A stretch of DNA of 64,000 nucleotides from Schmidtea polychroa. Its lineage: Eukaryota. The position numbers were made by a program, and so were the translations under genes. The DNA is taken from contig CM097886.1 of NCBI GenBank assembly GCA_044892525.1, positions 60,078,001-60,142,000 of the forward strand, written 5' to 3'. Under the pieces are notes generated by a model. The model had not been told where the DNA came from. It saw only the letters and a list, made by a program, of their open reading frames with translations, and ran no database searches. Position 1 is the first letter of the stretch, and each line of letters starts with the position of its first letter. Of this stretch, positions 49,538-61,590 are shown in pieces.

Positions 49538-51235
49538 ATGATGAAAATTGCATTATTAGTCTCTTTAATTTTTGGACTTCTAGAAGCTTCTACAGTAAAC
49601 AAGCCATCGACATGTACCTTTCCATTTCATTACAAGGGTGCTACTTACAATGAATGCATAAAGTTCGACTCTCAATACTACTGGTGCTCGGCTTATGAAA
49701 TTTACAATGGAACTTTTTCCTATTGCCAAGAGGACAAAACCGATCAAATAACAGATCAGCATTTCTATGATTTGATAAAAAGATCCCAAGAAGCCGTTTC
49801 CAGACTTGACAAGCTACAGCAAAACTTGAATAACAAAGTAATAAACTAGAACTAATTTACTTCAAACCAATATTCATTCTAGAATGGTCAATGCTCTCAA
49901 TGCATTGAAATTATGAAGACGATTTCGACGACAATTACTGATCAATCTGCAATCTATATGGATCAAAATAAACGTCTGCTAGGTCTTCGAGAACAACATG
50001 CAAAGCTTGAAAATGTTGTTGATCAAATTAAACAGTAAATTTAATTTAATCACACCAATTAATTTTCATTATTTATTGAATAGACATTATCAAAGGAGAC
50101 GCTGTAAGCAAAGTCCAGATGGAATTGAATATATTGGTAGAGTTTCAATGACAGCTTCCGGGTTCCAGTGCCAAAACTGGACATCTCAATTTCCACACAA
50201 ACATGAATACGTGGAATCCAATAGATATCCCGATAACGACATTGCATTAACCCGAAACTTTTGCAGAAATCCAAGTGGAGATGTCGGACCATGGTGTTAC
50301 ATTANNNNNNNNNNNNNNNNNNNNNNNNNNNNNNNNNNNNNNNNNNNNNNNNNNNNNNNNNNNNNNNNNNNNNNNNNNNNNNNNNNNNNNNNNNNNNNNN
50401 NNNNNNNNNNNNNNNNNNNNNNNNNNNNNNNNNNNNNNNNNNNNNNNNNNNNNNNNNNNNNNNNNNNNNNNNNNNNNNNNNNNNNNNNNNNNNNNNNNNN
50501 NNNNNNNNNNNNNNNNNNNNNNNNNNNNNNNNNNNNNNNNNNNNNNNNNNNNNNNNNNNNNNNNNNNNNNNNNNNNNNNNNNNNNNNNNNNNNNNNNNNN
50601 NNNNNNNNNNNNAAATAAATTATTCATTAATATTTAGGCTCAAAAATCATGGGAACACTGCGTGATACCGGAATGTGATATAGACTGTAGAATAAATGAA
50701 AAAGGTTATAGTTTATTTATTTGTATATTTTAAAAATTTACAGAACAATCTGATCTTCCATTATGTGACTCTTATCCTTCGTATCAGTGCCCCACTGGAT
50801 CTTTATTTTTCAATGTAATCTTTATATTTTCATATATTCTGGTGATAAATAATGCCAATTTAGAACTACTGTTATCAAAAACATGAAACTCCATTAACAT
50901 ATGTAGAAGCGGAAAACAAATGTGTTAAAGATGGGGGACATTTAGTATCTATTCAATCGCAATCCGAAAATATATTTGTCGCAAAAACGGTTTATCCTGG
51001 AGCAGATGCTTTCTATATAGGAATGAATGACGTTACAACAGAAGGTGCTTACGTCTGGACGGATCTATCACCATTAAAATACATGAAATTCTATGCGGGA
51101 GAACCAAATAATTATGCAAACGAAGACTGCGTGCAAATGGGACGATACCCAGCACAGAGAGAAGCTTGGAATGACATCTCATGCGAATCTAAAACTGGAT
51201 TTGTTTGTAAATTTAAACCGATTCCGTTAGAATAA
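49538..51235 (+). CDS. Secreted mosaic lectin: signal peptide - FN2 - coiled coil - kringle - C-type lectin (EPN/WND)
   Basis: Exons 49538-49837, 49883-50034, 50084-(gap 50305), 50638-50704, 50744-50814 and 50864-51235, with visible introns of 39-49 nt. FN2 CTFPFHYKGATYNEC..WCS; kringle YIG..TASGFQCQNW..NFCRNPSGDVGPWCY..WEHCVIPEC; CTLD CPTG..YCY..HLVSI..FYIG..GEPNN..EDC..WNDISC..FVC. Confidence 0.92.
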
Positions 51236-51852
51236 AATTTCAACTATTTTTCTTCTAATAATAAAGATCTCAAACTCATTTTGATTGTTTATAAAAGTCC
51301 CTGAAAAATTGTTATAAGAATTCATTTATATTCATCATCAAATTCCTAATTTGTTAAGAAATAAAAATGAGGATAAAATTGCAGAATGAAGGTTTAATTT
51401 AGATCAAACTTGCCAATAAAATTTATGCTGAATTTTGAAGAGGAAATTTTTATTGTTGAAATACTTTTTAAACAAAATTTACAAAAATTAGTTGATTAGA
51501 ACGGGTTTTTAAATTTTCAATATTTTTTTTTGAGGGGGGAGAGATAAATATATTGATATTCCCCTATTAAAGCTATACTTTAAGTACAGCTCACCCTAGG
51601 TATGTTCTGTATTTTTATAAAGATTTTGTAATAATTTGGGCAAATGCAATACATGACTTTTAAATATTTTTAGAGAAAATTGTCAGATTACCTAATTTTT
51701 TTTAATTGTTTTTTATCTAACATCTGTTTCCCTTGCAATATACCAATTTTTGATTTGAACAATCTTTTTATTAATTTTTAAATTTTTGTCTTTTTTGACA
51801 ATTTGCACTCAATTCTCAGTGTATTTTAATTTCTTTATACGTTACTCTAGAT

Positions 51853-54228
51853 CAACGGTTCTCAAACTTTTTGAACCGCGGAGCCCTCCAAAGCCATATA
51901 GATTTCCACGGAACCCCATTGGTTCACTAATTATGTGTATGCCACTCGATGATCTAACATCGAAGAGTATATATATTTTTATATATATATTTATAAATAA
52001 AAAAAGATTTAAATTTTTTGTACTTCAATTGAATCATTTATTTATCGGAAAATAATTACAAAATATTACAAAAAACAAACATTGCTAGTGGGACGGATGG
52101 ACTTGTTTCCTTTTTTGACATAATTGTTTTATGTCTGGCTTTATAGAGGACAGTTGAATCCTCATATCAGCTTCTGCATCGAGTCTATTGCGATATTTTG
52201 TTTTTGTTGCAGCATACGAAGAAAATCCAGATTCGCACAGATAAGTTGTAGCGAAAGGAAGAAGTATTTTAACAGCTTGAATTGATAAATCTGCATATTC
52301 TTCTCTCAAAGTACACCAAAATTCTGGCAAAGATAGTTTTTCAAATAGGAGCTGCAGTGAGGAATCTGATATCATGTCAATGAAAATTTCGTACTCCTTA
52401 GCTGTGAATTTTTCTGGCCTTTTCTGCACTATGAATGGGGTTCTAATCCATGTATAACTTTTAAGCTTTTCATTCTCTTCATTTGGAAAATATTGTTTGA
52501 CCGAGTTTAGAATTTCTTCCAAATGTTGACAAATTTCATCACACAACATAATAAGGTCACTTGCATCAATGTCTCCTTTAATTTCATCGCAGAAATCCTT
52601 AAGTATTGTGAAGCTATCTAGTTCACGAGAGCGAATGCAAGAGATCCATAATTCCAATTTCTTTTTAAAAGCTTGAATCTTATCATTGGCTGTGAACACT
52701 GTTACTTGTTTTCCTTGAAGTGACATATTCACTTTATTTATCTTTGAAAAAATATCGGCGAGATATCCAAGTCGAAACAACCATAGTTTATCTGTCAATC
52801 TTTCTTGTAAGTCCATCCTGTTGTTCATGAAAAAGGAGCCCAATTCGGAACGTAGCTCGAATAGTCGAACAAGTACTTTCCCTCGAGACAGCCATCGTAC
52901 TTCGGTATGGAGCAGTAAAGCTTTATGAAGGCTGCCCATATCTTCGCATAGAATCTTGAAAAGCCGAGTTTGTAATGGTCGCGATTTTATGAAATTTATA
53001 ATCTTTACAGACTCGTCAAGGACCTTTTTAAGTCCCAATGGCATTTTTTTTACAGCAAGTGCTTGGCGATGAAGAATACAGTGGCTATTTGTGCAGTTTG
53101 GTGCTAAGTTCTTGATTTTTGCGACAGCGCCAGCAGTTTTTCCTACCATTGCCTTTGCACCATCAGTGCAGATATCAACACAGTTTTTCCAATCTAAGTT
53201 ATGAGTATTAAAAAAGTTATCCACCATTTTAAATATTTCGGCACCAGTTGTATCGGTTGGCAATGGTTGACACAAAAGTAGATCCTCTTCAAGCAAATTT
53301 AGATGCTGATATCGGACAAATACAAGCAAGACTGCAAGTCCAGCTACGTCTGTGCTTTCGTCCATTTGCAGAGAAAAATTACAACATTGCAGACGAGATA
53401 TCAATTCAGCCCTTACATTGGCTGCTAAATCTTTAATTCGACGAGCTACCGTGTCATTGGATAGTGGCACATTAGTGATTTCTTTTGCCGACGTTTCATC
53501 AAGTATACATTTAGCGATATCGACTGCACAAGGCTTGATCAATGTCTCAGCTATTGTATGAGCTTCGCCTGCCAATGCAATACGATAACTGACAATATAT
53601 GATGCTTCAGTGGCCTTCTCATTGCTAGTTTTAAATGTTGAAACAATTAGGCTTTGGCGCTTTAAGAGTTCATCACGCATACGCATAAAATAATCAACTT
53701 TCTTATGTTTAAACTCTGGATGTACGGTTTCCAAATGGCGACGCATTTTAGCGGGTACCATAGCACTATTTGGAAAAAGCTTGCTGCATAAGACACATTG
53801 AGGCACATTGTTAGCATCTACAAAACCAAGAGACAGGTAGCTTTCATCATATTTCCTTTTCTTAGTGGCTGGTTCACGTAATATGCTCGTAGTGGCAGCA
53901 GATACTTCTTTTTCTGGATTTATGCAAGTTTCCACTGTTGTTTCATTTTCAATGTTTTTGGATGTAGACGGTCCAGCTGATTGCTGCGATCCTGTATCTT
54001 TCGATGTACCTTTGATAAGCCAACGATCCATACTTAATAAGTTGCAGATAAAAAAAATAATAATTAAAACTCGCTTAATAATGTATATATAAGTAATTTA
54101 TAGAAATAAATAAATTAATATGTAAATTAATAATAATTTTTAGCGATTTTAAATTTATAATTCACGGAGCCCTTTGAGGTACCTCGCGGAACCCCAGGGC
54201 TCCGCGGAGCACACTTTGAGAACCGCTG
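51853..54228 (-). mobile_element. Complete Buster-type hAT transposon (2376 bp)
   Basis: TIRs CAACGGTTCTCAAACT / ACTTTGAGAACCGCTG. Perfect 8-bp TSD CTCTAGAT (51845-51852 and 54229-54236) with the central TA typical of Buster. Confidence 0.97.
52085..54031 (-). CDS. Intact Buster/Charlie hAT transposase, 648 aa
   Basis: BED finger (PQCVLC..MRRHLETVH), MDESTD, CTDGAKAM, HCILHRQAL, LLHTEVRWLSRG and PFATTYLCESGFS. No stops. Confidence 0.97.
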   Translation of the reverse strand: MDRWLIKGTSKDTGSQQSAGPSTSKNIENETTVETCINPEKEVSAATTSILREPATKKRKYDESYLSLGFVDANNVPQCVLCSKLFPNSAMVPAKMRRHLETVHPEFKHKKVDYFMRMRDELLKRQSLIVSTFKTSNEKATEASYIVSYRIALAGEAHTIAETLIKPCAVDIAKCILDETSAKEITNVPLSNDTVARRIKDLAANVRAELISRLQCCNFSLQMDESTDVAGLAVLLVFVRYQHLNLLEEDLLLCQPLPTDTTGAEIFKMVDNFFNTHNLDWKNCVDICTDGAKAMVGKTAGAVAKIKNLAPNCTNSHCILHRQALAVKKMPLGLKKVLDESVKIINFIKSRPLQTRLFKILCEDMGSLHKALLLHTEVRWLSRGKVLVRLFELRSELGSFFMNNRMDLQERLTDKLWLFRLGYLADIFSKINKVNMSLQGKQVTVFTANDKIQAFKKKLELWISCIRSRELDSFTILKDFCDEIKGDIDASDLIMLCDEICQHLEEILNSVKQYFPNEENEKLKSYTWIRTPFIVQKRPEKFTAKEYEIFIDMISDSSLQLLFEKLSLPEFWCTLREEYADLSIQAVKILLPFATTYLCESGFSSYAATKTKYRNRLDAEADMRIQLSSIKPDIKQLCQKRKQVHPSH

Positions 54229-54236
54229 CTCTAGAT

Positions 54237-54358
54237 CAATGATCTTCAAACTTCAAAAGCTCGAGGAACCATTACGTGAAACAAATTTATTTATGGATAA
54301 GGTTTAAGAGATTTCGCGCAACCCAAGGGTTCAGTGGAACACAGTTTGAAGACCACTG
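54237..54358. mobile_element. 122-bp Buster-type MITE
   Basis: TIRs CAATGATCTTCAAACT / AGTTTGAAGACCACTG, flanked by CTCTAGAT at 54229-54236 and 54359-54366. Confidence 0.9.
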
Positions 54359-54804
54359 CTCTAGATAAACCCTAACATTAGTTTGTATGTTGTAATAATT
54401 CTGCCAAAAAGTTTTCCGCTCGATATAAAATTATCATATCCGAATTCAATTTTACGTTTACTATTTGGTCATGCCTTTTCCGACCGAAATATTAATTTTT
54501 ACATTTTTCAAATTTTAAATAAATTTCTACACTCAAATTTCCTTTTCGAAAATCTATTATTTTATTGATGTTTCTATTAATAAAAATTTGTAAAATTAAT
54601 GTAAAAATATTAATTATTTACTTCACAGACCAAATTATTATTACGTGATTAATTTCCAATTTTACAATGCCTTTTAATTTTAGTAGACAACATGACATTT
54701 CTTATTTTAATATTTCCTGAACACTGACTATTCTCTAACGAGTGATGCATATTTTATCCAATTTCAACAAGTTTTACATTTCATCGATATATTTATACCT
54801 AATA

Positions 54805-55033
54805 CACTCATACCTCGCTATACGGCTGCTCTTTATACGGCTTTTCGCTATAACGGCCTACTTTAATTACGGCACTTTTTCGATTTACGGCCTAAAATGT
54901 TTCGTTATACGGCCAAAAATCCTATTGAATTTATATGGAATTGTATCAAAATGTATTTGATTCGTTATGCGGCGTTTCGCTTTGCGGCCAACTTTCCTGG
55001 AACGTATCTAGGCCGTAAAGCGAGGTATGAGTG
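54805..55033. mobile_element. pogo/Tigger-type MITE
   Basis: TA-flanked TIRs CACTCATACCTCGCT(A/T)TACGGC with internal TACGGC repeats. Confidence 0.88.
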
Positions 55034-58000
55034 TAGTCACAGTAATGGTAACAAAATATGGGAAACTAAATGATTTCAAATGAAGATTCAATAAATTGTA
55101 CAATTATTTTAATTAATTAGGCTTCAAATGGCCATATAGAAAAAGCATTTGGAATAATTAAAAAAATGTTTAAGGAATATGCTAGTACATGTAGTATATT
55201 ATTATTATTTTCTAGGTCGCAATACAATCCTCTTAGGATGGATATTTATACAAGTAGATTTGCGATTTAATGTAATGGTTAAATAAGATGAGTTGTCGAA
55301 TGGAATTTTTGACATTCTTTTAAGTAAAATGTATTTTGTGGTGTTGGAAATAAATCGCACAGTTAAAAAATTGTAATATTTTGTCAAAAAGAACAAAGTA
55401 GCTTCATTAGAATGTCCTGTTTTCCAATATTTTCTAAATCGTGAAACTACAGCTGGCATAAAACTCTGACATGCGTAATAATGTTAAGAATCCAATTGTT
55501 GAGCTCTAACATCAATAAAATGAAATAAATTAATTATAAATATAAGCAATTAAATAAAAAAACACTTAATTGACCTTTATTTGTCTCATTACTCACCGAA
55601 TTCAGAGCATTATTAGTAACTATTGCAGATTTTACGCACCATTTCTAATGAATGCTTCTGGTCGTGACGGGGCACGTTACGTTCTGATGTAAGATATCAA
55701 TGAGAAACCTGGCTTCTCCAGACTTATGTTGATAAATTTATAATTTAAATCATGTTGTTGCATGTTAGTAAATATAAATTNNNNNNNNNNNNNNNNNNNN
55801 NNNNNNNNNNNNNNNNNNNNNNNNNNNNNNNNNNNNNNNNNNNNNNNNNNNNNNNNNNNNNNNNNNNNNNNNNNNNNNNNNNNNNNNNNNNNNNNNNNNN
55901 NNNNNNNNNNNNNNNNNNNNNNNNNNNNNNNNNNNNNNNNNNNNNNNNNNNNNNNNNNNNNNNNNNNNNNNNNAATTTTTATAGAAAATCCATTTTATTT
56001 AGATACGGTTTCGGGATTTATTTTTATAAGTCTAAAATGCATAATTGTTGTGGAGGCGGTAGAAGTAACTGATAGTTTATCTACTTTTTTATTTTCTTTA
56101 TTTTCTTGTTTAATTTACGATCTTTTTCAAACCATAATTTTCATCGGTTTTTCAACGTTTAGAAAGACCAACTTACAAGTTTGAAGATCTTGTTATTTCC
56201 ATTGTTCTTTTTAGCATATGCTTTATTGTTGTTAATTTTTTTCAATACCGTATTTCCCTATAAATATCACAGAATCTCATATTAATTTCTACTCCAAAAT
56301 ACACGATAAGGCTTATTTTGGGGAGTTGTCTTATTTTTCATGTAGAAAAGTCGACATTTATTCAAATATGGTCTTCATCTAGAAAATCATCATAATTTTT
56401 CAAATCCGATTTCAATTTCTTACGATTCCATATTTGTGAATTATGCTAAGGCTTATTTTCTGTTTAAATATTATCGGGTAGGGTGGTACCAGTAGAAGTG
56501 TAAACATAATCTATGGTCTACGGTAAATGTTTTACAGGTACTGGGCCCCATACTACATGGCAATTCTATTATATAACAACAAAAATTTATTCAACTTCAA
56601 AATTGCAAAACAAATTTCAATTCCACTTTGAAAACTTTTCAAATCATGCCATTATTATTTAAATCCAAATTATATCTTATAAAATGCATACATTCCTTCA
56701 TGCAATTACAAAGTCTGGCTCTAAATGATGAATGTATCCTTTTATGAACATTGTAGTATCCTCCTCATCTGAACTTATTTCCTTTGCTAAAACAGATATA
56801 GCTTTACAACGGGATTTTGTATATAAGTTTTCCTAGCTTCAATAACATTGGCTCACGATTCTAGAAAGTGGTCTGATAAATACATAATAAAAATTCACCC
56901 ACTCAACAACATCAATTTGTGCCAAGTTTAAAATATATATTATTGGTTGCACTGCAAGAAAGGATAGGATTCTTTTTTTCTATTCCTCAATAATATCTTG
57001 GTTATGGTCTACAAAATCTTGAATGTCTTTGATAATTTAAATATCATCCAGATTTTCGTTAATTTCTTTGGAAAAGTCCAGCAAATTGTTCTTACTTTCA
57101 TTTCAAATATTTTATTTTTTTGTCTCAAGAAAATTAACACCATTACTCCTCATTATTCGATTTTTTTCCCTAACTAGATATAATTTCTTTTTTTTCGATT
57201 CATTTAAGAGGACACTTTAAAGAATATCTCAAACTCAAAACCACACAGGAGGCAGTTTCAAAAAAATTATTTTTTTTCATAAATATACAAGTTATAAACA
57301 ACTATAATGACTATTATGAGTTCTAGATATCCTGCTTAGCTATTTATTAGTTATTAAATCCGCGTCTAATCGCTATGTGCCACTGGTTGTCCGGGCTGGT
57401 TTTGAATCTCGCATAATATATACAACTTTTTATTTGTTTAGTAATAAGAAAACAATATTGGATCACAATTTTGCATCACAATGATCATAATCATAAATTA
57501 TGCCAGATTGGAAGTGAAGAGTAAAGTGGTTTTTTGTTCGCCTCTGCCTACGACATAAACATTTTCGGCCTCTACTACTCAAAATAATTGTATTTGCACT
57601 TTGTTTAAAACATCAAACAAAATATTTTCGATTTTATACTTTATGGAAAAGCGCATTAGAACTTATTTTTAGGGGATGTTTTATTTTTTTTCGTGTAGAA
57701 AATCCTCTATTTAATCAAATATCGAACCCTGTAATCCGACTTGAATTTCTTGAGAATTGCACTTCGAAACGAAAGTTTTCTATTTCACACAATGTTAGGA
57801 AACTTGATTATTTTTTAATAATAAAATTAACCTCTCTCTCTCTCTCTCTCTCAGATGTTGAGTTGTACTTTATGTAAAAAACGGTTAAGTTAATGATCAA
57901 TGTCGTTACATGTATTTTTTGAGATCAAAGTATCACTATTTTATAATAAAAAGGAAATTGTATTAATATTAAAAATTTCAAAGAATGAAATAGCACTTTT

Positions 58001-58576
58001 AACCGGACCTCTGAACAATTCTTTTTTTGCAGCTCAAGATAAACTTTATAACACCGAATGTGCACTACACCTACTCGAGTGACTGGAATAGCTGAATTCC
58101 ATATTTATCCTCTATATATCCCATTCTTTTATATTTTTATGAAACGAAAATTTAATAGATAATTTTTTATGAACCCAAACTATAACATGGTTGGGATAAG
58201 GGTTTCTTTTTCTTGGTTCCTTTCATAGCCATGCTTGTAACCACTCTTTAGACGCGGTACCAAATTCGGGAAAACTTTCCTCTTTTAACATATACAGTTA
58301 CAGAAATAGGACTATGCAGTGGATAATATATCCTCCCTTCTCCAACACTGGATACCGACTATTTTCAGTCATTTTTGTGACAAGAATGAAAAAGTGCTAC
58401 AAAACTTTTTTATTACGTGCATTTAACCTTTCAAATAGTAGAGAAAGTGTCACTGTCCTCATATTTCACTGTTATTAAAAGATCATTTTGTATAATTTAA
58501 TTGAACTAAAAATATTATCAAACTCAACAATTATAATGATAATATATTAAATAAAAATTATTTATTAAAAATAACA

Positions 58577-59798
58577 TTAATCAATTGATATCTCCGTTGA
58601 CGGGGAGCTACTTTTATCACTGGAATGGAAATATTTCGTAATATTTGTATTCAATTCCGAGATTGCATCATTAATATATGGCTCAATTTTTATAAAGTCA
58701 TTTACTTTGTTGATCCCGTTTTGATTACGGATTAAGGATTTATTATCAAAGGCTGGATGGTATCCCCTAGAGTCCATGAGAGTTTCGCGTAAACATGTTT
58801 CGGGATGAATTTGATAGCTAGAGTCAACAAAAGGATCTTTGTTTTGCACCAAAGGTATATTAGACTTGATAGTGTCTAAATCAGTAATTGCACTGTTGAT
58901 ATAATTATTGCTTTTTTTATTATTTTTATTATTATTAATATTATTATTATTAGCATTTGATCTCTTTCGTTTTCTAGTTGGATCTTTACTGTGGATCCTG
59001 GTGTGCCGTGTCCGCTCATCGGACCGAGAGAAACATTTGAAACAGATCTCACAAGAATAAGGCTTCTCTCCGGTATGTGTTCTAATATGGGTTCGTCGAT
59101 GATCCGACCGGATGAAAGTTTTATCACAATATGGACAAGTGAGAGTTTTAATACCGGTATGAATTTTTTCGTGCCGTCTCAATTCATCTTTTCTGGTAAA
59201 TCGACTGGGACAATCTGAACATGAAAAGGATCTTTCAGCTGGGAGTTTATTAGATTTTTCCTCTCTCGTAATTGAACTGATTGGAGCTTGTGACTGTTCA
59301 AGTTTTATATTTGTTTGATTAACAATTTGAGGATTGTCATGAAAAATGGGTTTCAATTTTGAACTGTCATAAATTGAATAATTATTCATGTTCTGGAAAT
59401 TATTGTTGGAAAACCGGTATATATATTGTTGGTATGGATGAACATATTGGAACTGGGAATCAGGAATTAGATCAGTAGAAATAAATGGGTCATTTTGTAA
59501 GATTTGAAGTAAACCATTGGGATGGTCTGAATTCAATTGATGAAGGAGACTATAATTACCATTCATATTATTGCTGGGATACTGATAACCTCCACCATTA
59601 AATTCCACGTTTTGAATGAATCCACAGTGCTCATTGTGTGCTAAAAAATGTGATAATTAAAACAATTCTACCGTTAATTCTACTTGGAATGTTTAAAAGA
59701 TTTTCAAATTGTTTCGAATTAATATCAAACGATGAAATATGACCAGAATTATGGACATAGCCAATTGTATCATCATTAGAACCTTCGTCTAAAATCAT
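58577..59798 (-). CDS. EGR: EGR-family triple C2H2 zinc-finger transcription factor (392 aa, 2 exons)
   Basis: Exon 1 at 59798-59684, a 43-nt intron at 59683-59641, exon 2 at 59640-58577. Recognition helices RKDELRRH, RSDHRRTH and RSDERTRH versus canonical EGR RSDELTRH, RSDHLTTH and RSDERKRH. Confidence 0.85.
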
Positions 59799-60539
59799 TT
59801 TGTGAAAATTCAAATACCAAAAGTGTAATTATCATCGTTTTATAACCAATAAATAACCGTCACGGGCCAATGACTCTGAGAATACGTGGCGTCTCTGTAA
59901 CAACAAATGTAATGAGAAAATAAAAAGCACAGACATCGCAACAAAAAATTTACCAATCAAAAAACGATTCAGGGTTTTATTTGTTTTAAATTAAAATTAA
60001 ATAAAATGCAATTATTAATTAATTTTATTAAACTAATTACATTTATTTAATTCGATAATAAGTTATCGCTAAAACAGGTTAATTTTAATTTTTAGATTTT
60101 ATTTATGAAACTTAATTTATAAAATAAAATAATAATTAAAATCATGTTAAATTCCCATCGGAAATATATGAAATACAGTGAGGGATATTTCATTCCGGTC
60201 ACATTTTCATCGTTCAATTGTTCCGAGTTGCTTTCATTGGAAAAGGACAGAAATGAATTTTTAGAGCCGCAATTAGACTTTTTATCGAGATTAAAATTAT
60301 GCGAAAAGTATTTAAAATAGATTTAATAATTTTTATTAATTTATTAATTTATTATATAATAATAATTATGAGATTTAATGTTTGTTTTTTTCAGTGACGA
60401 CATGGATAAGTTGAATGAGTAAGTTTGAGGTTCGTTTTTTAGAATAAAATAATTTAATTAAAGGCCGGCAAATCCTCGGAATTCATTATCGTGAGTAATT
60501 TCTGTGGAATAAATTTTCATTTCGGTTTTCTTCAGGAGC

Positions 60540-61590
60540 ATGGGAGTTTTGGGAATCAAAGAAAATATCAGTGTCCAAATCCCCGAAGAAGTATTGCAAT
60601 AGATATTTATTTAATAATTATAAAAAATAAAGAAAAAACTTATCATTAAATTTATAATATATTTGAAAATTATTTTAATATTTTATATCATGTATATTAC
60701 GGCCAGGGTGGTACTGACCCCCAGTGATGTGACATAATTCCATTTTATTTCAGTTTGATGATATCGGAAAGTATGTGGGAAGTGCATGCCAGCAAGATTT
60801 CACTCACCTCTTCAATTGCTATTATTATTTATTTTCATCAAAAAATGTCATGCTCCAGTTGGTTTATAAGTGTAACCCTGATACCTTCCATATAGACAAA
60901 TTTGGTTAGCTCCTGTTTGTTCCTTATTATAATCATTAAAATTTGTATATTAACAGAGATATTTGCTAACAAAACTATGTTTTACTTTTTCTAAGGTTTA
61001 AAACCTTCTATGGTTATTATAGGTCTACTTCGATCCCCTTTTAGATTTTGTCGTTTTGTATTCGAATTTTCATTATTTCATTATTTTGTTTGTTCCAAAT
61101 TCCAAAGGAAGTATAAAAGTTCCATTTGGATATCTTTGTCAGTATTTGCCGTAAATTTTGTTTCAAGCTGCTTATTTTGAAGTGTTGTCGTTGGAGAGGC
61201 ATTTGATATCTAAACCTAGGTTAAACTTACTTTGTTTTAGTATCGGTTTCATTCCGGCGTTAAATTATCTACCTTTAAGTAGCCCACGAGTTTATTTGGA
61301 GTATTCAACGGGCTACTTGAGATAAATATTTTTTTAGTATATAGAAAATGTGATATTTGTATTGTTTAAAAAAAATATAAAATCAACTTGGCCATGAGAA
61401 ATTTCATTGTTTTTATGTTATTCCAAGGTAATTGAGATTATGAAACCTTTCCGGCCTTCAGAAAGCACTTATCGGAACGTTACAAAACGCCTGGAGCTTG
61501 ATATGAATATGGGATTGGATCCTGCTCACAGAGATAAGGCATGCGTTAAAATGTTCCCATCATATGTTTCTAAAGTACCTACAGGGAAAG
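60540..61590 (+). CDS. Hexokinase, first two coding exons (rest presumably beyond the window)
   Basis: Exon 60540-60590 (MGVLGIKENISVQIPEE) joins in phase 0 to 61428-61590 (VIEIMKPF...MGL...VKMFPSYVSKVPTGK), the hexokinase VKMxPxYV..P.GxE segment. Donor GT at 61591. Confidence 0.8.

Noticed and set aside
50247-50665. ORFs running through N gaps (also 27068-27475 and 55752-56184)
   Set aside because: Open only because of Ns (gaps at 23822-23952, 27268-27459, 50305-50612 and 55781-55973).
55990-57300. Decayed coding-like minus-strand sequence
   Set aside because: Short frames with frequent stops and no identifiable motif.
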